A stretch of 64,000 nucleotides of DNA, taken from NCBI GenBank assembly GCA_040954595.2, contig CM082588.2, positions 5,468,202-5,532,201 of the forward strand, given 5' to 3'. Position 1 is the first letter of the stretch. Each line of letters opens with the position of its first letter. Below are positions 21,232 through 34,952 of this stretch, piece after piece. The translations under genes were made by a program, and so were the position numbers. The DNA comes from Balanoglossus misakiensis. Its lineage: Eukaryota; Animalia; Hemichordata. The notes beneath the pieces were generated by a model that saw only the letters and a list, made by a program, of their open reading frames with translations, made no database searches and had not been told where the DNA came from.

Positions 21232-24200
21232 TTTACAATGTAAATAGGACTTACTGGTCAAAATCATGACACAAAGGGACACGAGTTGTAATATTTGATA
21301 TTTTTGTGAAAATTAATCCATATTTATCAGCCGCAGGTTACACATCTGCGCATGCTCCGCTGTTGACACACCAATAACATTTGACTTGTAAGCAGTACAA
21401 TCTTTATCATTCTACAAAAATGCAAACTTGAAACACAAGTCGAATATTTGGTGTTTGAACACGGTCATTGGGCATGAAAGACTGTGCAAAAATGGTAAAA
21501 CGATAAAAGCTCATGTCACTTGGAATACCTGATTACTTATTCCATTTCTGAAGACGTCTTTCAGATTGGTTTACATCATGTACATTCAATTTACATAAAA
21601 TTAATTTATCAATTTATCGTCGAACAACCATCATAATTTACTAACCATTTTCTGTTTGGCTTTGGTACCGCTATGTATACATGTGTATATGTATATATAT
21701 TTATATATATACAGGCCACTCTTTGACCATGCAATCGATAAAATCGATTGCAGTTTAGAAGAATTTCACAGTCAAAGTACCAAGCACTGTTACTTTTGCC
21801 TTCGATGAATGGACAGTGCGATGCTGATCGTTAATGCGGCAGGGATCAGGCAGCGGTTCATTCAAGCATGGGCTCTCCAGGGTCCGGGTTGAGTCGACGA
21901 TGATTCGACATGCTTTTAATGGCGGCATTAGCCAGTTGAACAACAACAATCTTTGCATTAACGACATAATTAATGTATCAGGGAGGCCCATGCACACCTG
22001 TGATGGTTGAAAACACAGCTGGCCAAGGTGTAATAGTTGTGCAGATCCAAACAGAGAAAGTGTATGCAGCCAGAATTGGCACTATTGTTATTATTACGTC
22101 AATACTGGGATTAGGACACCGGGTATTTACAGTATACGCATTGTCATTCAATACTAAAACAGCTCCTTCAACACATAGTGTGCAATTTAGACATTATTAT
22201 CAAGTTTCATATTCGGAATCAGTAAATGTCTTGTTTTAAGTCTTTTTAATAAATGGAACGTGGGTTTTTCACAAGTAAAACCTGTGCATGAAATTGGTTG
22301 GAAGCTGTTTGCACGACCGACCACTGGATGTGGTAATCGCAAACCGTTCGATTTCGGTTGCATGAACGCTCGATCATCGCTGACTGCTGGCGGAGAAAGC
22401 ACGGCAACAAAGGGGCCACCTTATTTTTGTCTACTCCATTGTTGCTCACAAAGCCCGGCTTAAAGATCGCACTGTTCCCAACAATGCACCGCGTTGCATG
22501 TGGCCGCATTATGGAAGTGTATTGGCAACTTCGGGGGATCTGCAACCCAAATGATTTACCTAGCCACGGTATTAGCGTTGATATGCGACGGAGCCTAGCC
22601 ACGAGATGACGTCTATCACCGTGGGCGTTTTATTGTGCGAGGAATTAAGGATGAAAACGGCCAGTTTGGTCAGGTGCCAACAAACTACAGTGTCCCTCAA
22701 ACAAACGAGTCTTGTACGTGTCTCTACACATCTGGCGAACGCGACCTTGCAAACTTCCCCCTTACTCGCTTAATAGGGCGCTGCCTTGCAGAGTTCGGCC
22801 GAAGAACGCGCATTGTATTCTTTTCTTTTCAAACCTTGGTATATATACATGTACCTGCGACAAACAATTCTCTCCTGCATCTATACCCTTGTTTGGATAC
22901 TCGTGCGCATAGGGTTATTTGTTCAGGCCCGGAGGCGTGGTTGGGATACTAATTTCTTTGCGATGGAAGCCTGCAGATGTTTTGATGTCAATGAGAGACC
23001 GCACGACACTAATAAAGCCCAACCCGAAAAATAGCCGTGGATTCAAATGATTAAAAAACGCAGGCTGACTGCCAAGGGAACCTTTGACCTGTGAGCCATA
23101 CACGAAGTGGCATTACAAAGTTTTTCGGCCGCTTTTGTTCGCTCGGCCCACTTTCAGCGCCCATACTCTGACCATTGTACGGTTCCTTTGTCATTGCAGC
23201 GAGCATCGTAAAACCCACTTTCCCGTTTGAGTGCAAACCGGCAGTCTCTTTTCATATGTGCGTGGATGGCTCTATAGGTAGCTACAGGAATGGTTTACCT
23301 GCATTCCAGGCGACTTTGTAAATAGCCACGCAGATACACACAACACCACTGGCAAATATGACAAGGGGTAATGTCACACAGACAAACAGAATTGTTGTCT
23401 GTGCGGAATAACCAAGTTTCAATTCGGAACGACACGCGTTCTTGTTGCCCGGTTTGGTTCTCGACAGACAAGCATAATTCTAAAATGGCGTCCAGTCGCT
23501 TATTAATATAACTCTTCGCACCAGACTTGGTTTTGACGTGACCCTAACCACAAAATACAGGTAACTACATGTAAAACAAACAGGCATAGGAAACAAAGAC
23601 GACTTCACAGTTGTGACATGCGTTGTTTGTGTAACGGTTTGTTCGAATTCCGGTATGGTGGCCCTCAAGGGAGCGCCGACTCTAGACATATGTAAATCCA
23701 GTGCAGGTATCCCTGTCTCATACATGCGTGTTACGTGTACACGCATTGTCCTCTTATAAATAAATATTGATGGGGCAATATAATCGAGTAAAATTTTAAA
23801 TCCGGTATTAAACAAATAGCGGAACCATTAGAATTTAAATGAAATCTGTTAAAAGCGAGGTACCGGTATCTTTATTGTTTGCCATTTAAACAATTCCGCT
23901 ACACACACGCGCAGCGAAAGTTTTTTTTATGTTCACCGCGGGACTTTGTTAATCGCGGAACGGAATCCATGACGCAACCGACATGTATGACGGCTTTTCT
24001 CATTAATAAGGGCTTATAATTTTTACTGAAATAAGCCTGTTTTGATTTCAAATATCTCCAGAAACGTCATTGGATTCGTCATTGAATGATTTATTATTAC
24101 ATGTAGTATCATTTTATTACAATGGATATATATTTGTAAGGTTAAAGGCAGACCATAGCAACCCAGGCAGAAGTTTAAATATTTTGCTAAACGGGAGTGT

Positions 24201-27200
24201 TATTTTTTTGTATGCATGTAAGAAAAATGCGAGGTCACTAATTCATTTATGAAGCTCGGGCGCGCCACATGACGACAAAATGCCATAGGAGTATTTGATC
24301 ACTCATTTACAGGCCATTAATCTCTGCCTTGAACCGATAGCCTACGTTGAACTTCGAAAACGGTCAGTCTGACCATGGGTGGGCGTGACGCAGGCTTCAT
24401 GTGGAGGGATTTTCATGTTGGAACCCAAACAGCAATAAAATATGAAAACTATGCCGCAAAAATTTAGTTGTAGTACACTCGAAAGGTGAAATTCCAACAA
24501 GGTGTGTGTATATAGCAATATACGTTATAGGACGGGAAGCAGATCACGATTTTCAGTACTAAATGCATTATTCATCGTTCAACGTTAGCGCCCCCAACGC
24601 ATATCAGTGCTGACGGATGTACCCCCACAATACACAATATACTGTATTCCCACCTTCTGCAATCACGCCACGCTGAACAGATATTTGAATATCAGTATCA
24701 TGTTTTATTGCTATGTTTTCTCCAAGAAAGGTCGCCGTTTGCTTCATCGCCAGTAGGTGAAAGGCAATAGCCCGTTGAACGCCGTCTGACATCCGGTGTC
24801 TTGAAATTTGAAATTCTCATTAATATAAAATGCTGCTGTTGGAGGTTTCCTGTTTCATGCATATCCGCATTTCATTTGCCTCGTATCAACATTTCTTTGC
24901 AAAAGGTTATCGCATGAGTAAACCGCGATTGGTTATGACTTCTCTAAATCATACACCCAGTATCAAAATTTTCACTGCACAAAAATCCACCTGCCGAAAG
25001 TGTCAGAGTGTATTTTGTGAATTATGATAGCTGAAAATTTTATTACATGATTGCATAATCTGTCGGTTAATATTCAATCATATTTAATCAGTTAGAAGAG
25101 GCAGGTATTGTCGTCTGACCTTGCAAATGATATGAATCAGCGATATCATGCTCTCCCACCGGTCCGCGTTTGACAGAGGTGAAACAGGTCCCGGTGTCCC
25201 AGTCACCCGTGGCACACATCGCACCTGGCAACGTGGCTTGACGCCGAGTTTTGGCAACAGAAAATCGGCCACTGGCTATATAGACTGGTCACCGTACTAC
25301 ATCTGGCGTTTCTGTATCGGTAAGCAATTTACCATACCGTCCATTCTGTGACGTCATAATATGAAAAGGGCGTCGAAATTAGCGTGACGCATATCATAGG
25401 ATGTATTCTGTCTATTAACTAGTTTCGTCTCCTACTCTCGAAGTTGGAACCCCCCCCCCCCCAATTTCGGCTCGTCAACAGAACCTGCACATACGCGATG
25501 TACTGACAGTCGACATTTATGTCCAGACGCGCTGTCAACAACGACAGCCCGTCCGCTGATACTGTTGAAAGCCATATACTCGCTTCCAGCTCGTGCCCAA
25601 CTTCTTCAATAAAAGACTTTGGATAATAGTCTTTAAAAGAAATTCCGAAGAAAATTATATAAATTGATTGTATAATCTTCTTTAAGATTAAATATCCAGC
25701 TATTCTTTACCTCAAGTATATTGACCTTTTCGGATAACCCTTTCCTACAATACTGCATTATTGGTGATTAGAATGCAGAATCTCATAGGAACATAAAAAT
25801 ACATGAAAAATCTTTCCTTTAATTTCAAATAGTTGTTGGTTTAATTACTGCCTGATAATCTAGCAGAGCACCTTATCGGAGAAGAGCACACATGGGGGTA
25901 ATGCTCTATGTGTCCTAAATACCTATCCAGGTCAAACTAACTCAGACTACAGGGCGTGGCGTCGTCATCTTTGGCCAATTTGTACTCTGTAACAACGGGT
26001 TGATTGATGTAACATTGAAATTTTCGAAGGTGTTAAGCGAAGGTGTTGAGAGCTGTCATTTATTACACACCAAATCCCAGCTCTCTATGTCAAAACACTT
26101 CAATGAAAGCCGTGGTTTTACACCATTACAGTACTTATCTTATCTGCACGTTGATATATTGACTCTGTCTGGGTGACCAGACCGAGGCATAGACATGGTT
26201 GAGCTATCCACAGACCCAGATGAGCCTGGCAAACCCCGAGAGGAGTTTCTCTCTCCCAACAGGGCTCTGAGTATTCCCATTTGCAGTAAATGTTCATTTG
26301 CACTTACATTTACACACATGAAGTTGAGGAGTAAGGTGCAATTGATAAAGGGATACAACATCACGGTCGTGAAGCCACCATGTCCCTGCATAGCAAGAGA
26401 CTCGTACATAAATCTACCTGAAAATCGCGTTGAAAAGGGTTGCTGGCTTTTCGTGTGTATGTATCCATTTTGACTGACAGATATCGTGTCCTTTCAAATT
26501 CTTTACACCTTCAGTGCTTTCAAGTCTCTCCTAAATCGCTGTCGCTGGTATTTGTACACACAACTCCATAGTCCAGCTGTCAATCGAGTATTGGAACTAC
26601 CGTGGCCTAAGCCCAGAAGTCGCAGTCAGATTCTTCCGTCTCTAGGTGTGTATCCCCGTAAATCGCCGTTATCGAACAGATAATTGAGATCGATTGCAGT
26701 TTAGCTATGCCTGGAACGTCAATGTTTGTTTATTTATTTTAAACACCCGAGACACCGTTGCCCGCGTCTGCATAGGTATATATCGCGCCGTTTCTCTCAG
26801 TAACGTTTACTTCGACGCTGGTACCTGCAGTTGCCGTGGTGAAGGCTCCGAGAAAAGTCGCCCTCCGCCGAAAAAGGCGTCTCAAAGAGACAGTTTTGGT
26901 TAATGTACAGACTAACACTTCGAGGTAAGTCAGCAGCAACAGTTCATGCTTTCCAATTCAGATAAGTAAGATATCCAAGTTCATGATGGACAATTCTGTC
27001 TTTGAAAACACTTCTCTGTCTTTTGATGGAGAGTAGGCAAACAGATCCACGTGCGAAAGACGTAACAGGCAGTATGTGGCGTGTTTTTCGAACCAGACAA
27101 AAGAGAGAGTATTCGCTAGCTTAGAACCTCGGGTAATGTGATTGTGCTGAATATACTTTGATGGCATCGTCTTATACCGATTTTGGATTATTCCACGTTG

Positions 27201-27705
27201 ATTATATCAGACACACGGGTTTCTACTTTTTTTTAAACGCGGGTCACAGTAATCAGAAAAGCGGGAATCCTAGTCCATCATTCATTATTTATCATTTGTA
27301 CCATTCAAAAATCGACGAATGAAACATGATACGCGAATGGCATAATGATAAATATATAATGACACTGAAATCCAGTATATCACATTCGGTTGACATTTAT
27401 CATATATTTCCATGATGAAGACGTAAACAAATTATAAATGTGCCCACTTGAATACTAATATATGGTATTTCAACTCGACCTTTGCTATGTTATCGACCTT
27501 TCAGGCCTGTCCGTGCAGCGATATATTTGTCCGGCTGAAAATCTCGTCAGCGGGCGAGTTTACTAGCAGTATAGGGGCGATATGGTCTCGCAGCCTCCCT
27601 TTTCCACGAGTCAAACATGAGATGATATGTTCTCCAAGAATAAAGTCGACATTGGTGTAAATCGCATATTAAAGTGGCCTTGAAGCCCCCAAAATCGTCT
27701 CAACC

Positions 27706-27737
27706 ACACACACACACATATACACATACATACATAC
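27706..27737. repeat. (CA)n/(CATA)n microsatellite
   Basis: Direct reading of the sequence. Confidence 0.8.
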
Positions 27738-27824
27738 TTTCTTTGTTTCATCTAACAGTTTTCACAAGTTCAAGATGACGTTTATCAAGGGTTGAGCAAG
27801 CTCTCTGAACACGAACTGTGAACG

Positions 27825-30780
27825 ATGGATGTCGTACCCGGAATTGTCGTTTTTACAGTGCTGGTTGCCTTGGTAATACACTTTGCTTTTAAGACATGGA
27901 AGAAGAGGATGCTCTCTAAAATGATGTTAGTATAATATGTCTCTATCTATCTATCTGTTTGTATGATCTGTGCGTGCGTGTGTATCTATCAGTCTATCTC
28001 TCTGTCTATCGCATCCTTTGCCATGTATGTCTGCGTTGTGACGTTTCCACAATCAGCTTACGGCTAATAGGTTCGTGAACAGAATGAAAAGACCTTGTGC
28101 ATTAAGAAAAATCAATATGAGCCAAGATGCTGTAGCAAACAGTAGTGTCAGTTGACTTGATGGCTCTGCTCAATGTCAAATCTGTGGTCGTGTCACTAAA
28201 CTTTGCAATCTGTTCTACTTGGGGAATTAGCACACGATACACTGTAATATATAGCTTGTGACAAGAGCCTTCTCTAGATGAATTCAGGATTTCCACCAGA
28301 CTATTGTTAGCCATTTCTTGTAACCATATCCATTGACACGGGTGTTTACTGAATCTTTGAAGGGCTCGGCACGTGAAACCGGGCCTGTTCACACTCAACG
28401 AGTACGAGGAATATGCCAGAAAACGTCTGCCTAAGCATGTCTTTGATTACTTCACCGACGGTGCGGGAAACCAGAGCACGCAGAGGGGAAACAAGGAGGC
28501 ATTCGACAGGTAAATGCATCTGCTGGGAGAAAGCCTGATGTGTCATATTCCCGACTGTCAATTCCGCGGTTCAAACTGCGGCCATTATTGTGTCACGGAA
28601 AGACCAACAAATTAACCGGATGACTGCAACTAACACCCCATGAAAGTCAGTCAATCCACCCTCTTAGAACTTGTTTACAATAGAAGACTTAACGCTGCAT
28701 GTACAACCCAATAGATGCATACATCACGATGTTGAACTCAAAATGCGAGGCCAATGGGGAAAGATGACCAATCACATCACGGGGATCCCTACTGGCCTCG
28801 CTTTGGGTTCAAATTCATGATGGCTGCATGAGGGCGCTAGACTTAAGAAAGGGGTCTATTCTAATTTATCCGTTAGGTACCATCTACAACAGCGAGTATT
28901 AAGTGACATTGGCAGTCCTGACATGTCGGTCACCTTGCTGGGCAATAAGGTCGATATGCCACTGGGGTTGAGTCCAGTTTTAAGGATGAACTGGGCCTGG
29001 CATCAAGGAGACCTGTGTGCAACCCGAGGTGAGTATTTTTGTGTGTACGTCGAAAGTGACGTCATCACTATATGTACACAAATTCGCCATCACGATTTTG
29101 TTTTGACATAGACGATGGTTACCCACTCTTCACGCAGCCGAAACTTATTCAAATTTTATTTGTAGGCATAAGTGAAATCGGGGACATACTGCAAGTTTTG
29201 AGAAGTGGTTATTCATTGGTTGAACTCATGGTTGATTCATGTCAATAGGTTGTAATCATCGTCATTGAAAACGCTGACATTTCTCTGATTATAGAATTTC
29301 TGTTTGATGTTCCAGCTGCCGGCAAACACGGCATCTGCGACATCGCGCCCGTCTACTCAGAGAGCAGCATGGAAGACATCGCGCAGAGCAACCCAGCGGG
29401 GCTGAAATGGCTGCAGATGTACATCAGCAAGGACGAGCACGTCATGTCCGGTCTGCTGAAGCGCGCGGAGGCTGCCGGGTACCGGGCAATAGTGGTGACT
29501 GTTGACTGCCATTGGAAACGTTTCGTCTACAGCGACTGGAAGAACATGATATTCAGACACATGATGAGAACGTCACACGGGAATTTCAATGGCGAGAATT
29601 TCATCAAAGCTTACACTCAGGTAAGGAATCGATTGGGGTTTTCCCATACTGACTCAAAGAAACCCTATATATGAAACTATAGCGACGATACAAAGGACGC
29701 ACAAAGCTTTTACTCTGTGACCTACTGGCCTCGTTTTCGAGTCGTCTCGGAAGGGCGCCCTCTTTATGAAAAAGGCGTATTAATCAGGGATAACTGTCAA
29801 TCCCCTCACAGAATGTAGACGAGCGTGCCGGTTGGAAGCGCATCAAACGACTAGCAGAGATGACCGAGTTGCCGATTGTTGTCAAAGGCGTCCTCTCGGG
29901 AGACGATGCTTTGTTGGCTGCACAGAACGGAGCCAAGGGCATCATTGTCTCTAACCACGGTGGAAGGATGATGGAATCGCTGCCAGCAACAGTACGTTGT
30001 CGCTTTGTTTCCCGGTTAAAAATCCAATATCTGGAACTTATGGTTTATTTTAAGGGAAGTTTCTGCGTGCCCGTTTGTATGGGTATAGCAAGAAGGAATT
30101 ATCAGATAGAAATAGGGTCAAATTTGCACACGGGTGTTGTTTCGAAGAGCAAGAACTGATTAGATTTTTGTTACTAACACAGCTTTCATAATCATATCAA
30201 GGTGTATGTCAAGTGTGGCTCGTGGTTAATTGCCATAAAAATAGCACTGGTAGTTAATTTCCTTGATTTTCAATGACATCCTGAGTAATCATATGCATAT
30301 GATGGCCGGTTAACGGCTTCGAAGAATTGCTCTGCTTGTAATCATTCCTGTCTATTAAACTGATTGGATTGATTTCGTGAGATGTGACCTCCGCCATACG
30401 CTATCGGATTTATATGAGTCAGTAATTTTGACACCTACATAAGGCCATGCAGGTTTACAATGCAAGCCAGCTGTGAATAAGATTGCAGCAACAGTTCAAC
30501 TTATACTATTCATGTTACCTCCAGATTGAAATTTTACCCGAGATTGTGAAGGCTGTGGGCGATAAACTCGAGGTGTACGTGGACGGGGGCATTCGCAGCG
30601 GTACTGATATGATCAAGGCTTTGGCTCTCGGCGCTAAGGCGTGTTTCATCGGCCGACCAGCACTTTACGGACTTTGTTTCAAGGTAACTTCATTGGTTCG
30701 AGGGCATGAAATTGATATGATGCTGGTGATGCTGGTGGTAGTAGTGGTGGTGGTGGTGGTGGTGGTGGTGGTGGTGGTGG

Positions 30781-30864
<84 letters not shown>

Positions 30865-31250
30865 GTTTGCTGTTTTATTGTTGCTGTTGTTGTTGTTGTT
30901 GTTATATCGATTACAATTATTGTCTTCAGGGAGAAGAGGGAGTCTCTCAAATCCTAACACTATTGAAAGAAGACCTCGAACGAGTAATGCTGTGTACAGG
31001 TAAATTAAATCTCGATTTTGCAGAAATTGCGATCTACCCAATCACGTATTTTCACTTGGTGTCCACACAAAATCAGAAGAGCTGACTTACAAACGCCCTT
31101 TGTCTAACCATAATGTAAATTAGAGGTGATTGTAATCTTTAAAACAATTTAAATTTGCTTCAATCTACAGGTTGCTCATCCATTGCCGACATTTCACCCG
31201 CTGTCATCAGGGATAGGCATCCGCGTTGTTCCCATGGAAACGATGGCTAA
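27825..31250 (+). CDS. HAO: FMN-dependent alpha-hydroxy-acid oxidase (HAO/glycolate oxidase family) with N-terminal membrane anchor, 397 aa
   Basis: Exons 27825-27925, 28363-28509, 28877-29028, 29316-29620, 29812-29991, 30525-30683, 30930-30999, 31171-31250; 1194 nt, all phases consistent. Motifs [69 protein letters not shown] likely upstream non-coding exon ends at donor GAG|GTAAGT (26924), with acceptor before 27759. Confidence 0.93.
30741..30903. repeat. Compound (GTG)n-(ATG)n-(TGT)n microsatellite in HAO intron 6
   Basis: Direct reading of the sequence. Confidence 0.97.
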
Positions 31251-33282
31251 ACTGTTCACCATCTTCAGCTTGTCTCACTGTACCACTAAGGAAATGTTTG
31301 CAGATTTCGATTCTCAGTTTACATCACATGTTAGCACTTTTTCATTGAGGCTTCTAGTCAGATTCATTTATTATTCAATTTCTTTCCCGTTAGGTTTACT
31401 CCTTAGTAAAGTTTAATGCTAAGTACTCCGAAAGTGGGTATTGCAGAAATCTTTCGATCTTTTAAAGCCCATATAGCTTTCATTTTACATAATTTGTCAT
31501 TAATCTACTCTCAAACGTATGAGCTCACTGATGAGTGTATACACAAGCATATTATCAATTAACCTCTGGTTGTGGCTGTACATTAAAATGTGAACAAGTT
31601 GAAAAATAAACGTCTGCTACACTTGTTTATTCAGCTTAGCGGTGGGCGCACATGGGTACCAGTATTAGAATCTCCGCAAATTCAAAACAGTGTTTCCTGG
31701 CCGATATGGACAAGGAGAAGATTGATTTTTTTCAGGGACTCGAAGCAAATACTGTGCATCACAGCAAATCTAAAAATACACAACGAAATTCAATAATTTA
31801 ACATAAATACACTTTTCCCCGAAGGATTCTACAAATTTAATGTCTTTCTGTAATTCTTTCTAAACCCTATATCTAATAACACACTTTAATTGAATAATAC
31901 ATCTTTTTGAATGTTAACTCTACGCCTATTTTGGTTAATTACTTGGCTTGAAGTCCGTTGCTACGGTAACTAAGCAAGTCAAGTATCGCAAGATCCCGCA
32001 ATTAGCCGTAAAATTAATCATCAAAATCTCTACTAAGTATTTACCGGTTAACGAGTACGACTAACAATGAAGACGATCAGCTGAAGTTCTCTTAGTATAC
32101 CTTCTGGAGGCAATCAATGTGGTTCACATGAAATGACTGTTGCTACAGTAATTATCCAGCTGAGAATTGACCGTAAGAAAAAGTTTGCAACATTTTCTCT
32201 GTGGTTGGCAACCGCCGGATCCTAACAATTCTTGACTGTGGCAATGCGAAGCAACCGATCTCGTGCATTTGAGTGATGTCAACGTGTGCCCCGGAAGGTC
32301 ACTGGGAATATGCAAAATAGGCCTGCCGCGCATTCTTACTTCGAGAAGTATGCGCATGTGTGGAGATGATATTTTGGCATTTGTCTGAAGCCTTATATTC
32401 TCGTGTGGGTCTATCGATTACTTTGAATCCCTGTTCTGGCCTTGTAATATCGGTTTCCGTTTACACTGTTTGCATGGGTGACATGGCCATCGGGTAATAG
32501 CCTGTTCGATTGTAAGCAAGGGAAATCGAGCCTCCTGTCATTTTATACCTCAGCTGAGATTGAGCGCATCATCGCAACAGTACGCATGGATTCGTCGATG
32601 AAATATTGAAAGCAATATAGCGTGCACATTATTTCCGACGCGACTACGCAGGCAACGCATATTTCGGCGACAATTCTCGCAACCACTTGTATGTTCAAGA
32701 CTGAGTGGCGTATTTGTAAGTGGGGGCATTTTGATGTTACATGTACTTATTTTTAAATTGTTTTATGACATAAACTGAAAACAAAACAAAAAACAAGATA
32801 AGAATTTGATGTTACTTATCCACACATACGATAATGCTCCCAAGTATTCTGATCGTCAATTTCTTTTCACGGTAAATTTAATCATAGTGATCATAGACCC
32901 TGGAGTCTATGTAGTGATACATTAGGGTGAATATTTATGAAACTAAATTCGCGAATTGTGGTAAAGAAATGTGAAATTGGGTTATTTGTCTATATGATAA
33001 ATGAAATCCAACCATTTGATAGCTGTATAGTTCCGGTTCGATTTGTGATATGGTTGAGAAGTTTGGAGATTTGAGAGGTCTAATCTAATCTTTCATAATC
33101 AATTCCTTTCATGGGGGAAAACAAAACAAATTTTCCGCTTCTACAAATTCCGGTGACACAAGACTAAAAGTCATAGAATGGGCTTTTCAATGATATGTTG
33201 GCCTCCGGTGTAAAATATTACTTTGACCAAGACATTTATGATTAAAATATGCCACCTCAAACCTCCGCAACCATGTTTACGG

Positions 33283-33427
33283 CTTGTCTCGGTTACCCAG
33301 ACTCCTCCGCTTCTTCTGTTGCCTCGAGTCGGCCATCTTTGCCCGGAGATTTGTCTATGGTGTTTCCCCAGACCGTCTTTCTGGAGCGCCAACGGGAGAA
33401 GCGCAGGGGTGTGGGTAACCGAGACTA
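33283..33427. mobile_element. MITE-like element with ~30-bp imperfect terminal inverted repeats
   Basis: Left arm CTTGTCTCGGTTACCCAGACTCCTCCGCTTCT versus reverse complement of the right arm CTAGTCTCGGTTACCCACACCCCTGCGCTTCT; no coding capacity. Confidence 0.6.
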
Positions 33428-34121
33428 GTTTAAGACAACCGTAAGCCTTACCCCCACCCCCCTTCTCCGCCCCCGCGGCGGCTTTCTGGTTGCTTGCGCT
33501 TGCATATCAGGAAAATGGGGCTCGGAAACACGTTGAGTTGAAGAGCCAATGGTGTGAATTTACACGTTACCGGTTCTATCAAATTCAACGGTGATAAGTG
33601 TGAAGCTCAAGGTGACACTACCACATCGTGAGTACCATGGGTGAACTTGATCTTGAAGCACCCTGATAGTATTGTATTGCGTCCATTGTGATGGCGAGTC
33701 ACGCGATCGATTGTCAACAGTTCCCCGTCACGTATACTTGATATCCCTGAAGAGTGTGAAGTTTGTGTGTAAGGATCCACGTTAATCAATCTCCTTTCGT
33801 GTAATTTCGAACCGCCCTCCATTTCTAGGACCAATTTCCTGTGAGGAGCATGATTAGTCGCAGTCACCATGGAAACAGGAGATCAGTCAAGTAACAGATG
33901 TCCATTGGGTGTCCACGGGGAAAACAATTGCTCCACCACATGACCGTATTATCCATTCCTATGACAGCAATCTTATGACGTTTCTCTCTGGTGTTTGGCA
34001 AGTATAACTAATACATTCTCACTGGAGTACATTAAACAAAGGTATCTCGAACGAGGACGGACTCAAGTCAACACAGGTGTGCGGTAGCGCGGTTTGCAGC
34101 CGCGTCTACTGAAGAAGCGAA

Positions 34122-34952
34122 ATGACAGTTTTAAACAATGAGTCGAGTAATTCATCGGTGAATGTGGACGAACAGGTGGTTCGATCAGTCAGCATGATGG
34201 TACAGGTCATGCTTATATTGATCATCGGGCTCGCCGCGAACATCTCCGCTCTGGTACTACTGATGCGATACACCCTACCGACGTCTTTCATGCCACTGTT
34301 TTTGGTGAAAGTATTGGCTTGGGTGGACACGCTGTCTTTGTTTATCTTCATCATCAGAACTGCCGTTAGCCCCGCACTGAACGCGATCGACAAGAGACTT
34401 TTCTGCGCCACAATTAACTTCACCAACGGACTGTTTCCGTACGCGTCGGGGTTTATCGCGACCCTGATGTCGATTGAGCGGTGCATAGCCCTAACAAAGC
34501 CAATGTACTACCAGGCCTACGTCACCAAAAAGGCGACAATATTAATGCTGGTCCTGGCGATGGTTCTGGCCGTCTTCATTAACGGACTGCCCTTAATTGG
34601 GATCGGCTCCTTCTACGAAGTCGCCGACGGCGAGGTGAAGTGCAAATATGCTTGGTTTCCAAATTCCAGCAGCGGTGATTTGGTCCATTTCGTTGCGTAC
34701 GTGTTCTGGGGCATAGCCATGGTGGTCATCACCGTGTGCTGCAACATCGCGGTGATTCGGGAACTGCACGACATGAAGAACCGAGTTTTCGCGCTCGGAC
34801 AGGGCGATTCTCTGAACAGTCAAAGTGGCAGCAACGCCGGTGGAACGCGTCAGCACCGACAGAGAAAGAGCAACAATTCCCGCCAAGTCAGGTTCGCCAA
34901 AATGATGATTGTCATAGCGGTAATCTTCACTGTATGCTGGCTACCGTGGATG
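34122..34952 (+). CDS. Prostanoid-receptor-like class A GPCR, TM1-TM6 exon copy A (277 codons)
   Basis: N-glycosylation sequons at the N-terminus, TM1 GLAAN, TM2 LAWVD, TM3 MSIERC, TM5 CN, TM6 FTVCWLP. Ends at donor ATG|GTAAGT at the end of TM6, near the conserved prostanoid-receptor intron position. Confidence 0.88.

Noticed and set aside
30679-31041. Poly-His, poly-Ser and poly-Pro ORFs on the minus strand
   Set aside because: Translations of the intronic trinucleotide microsatellite.
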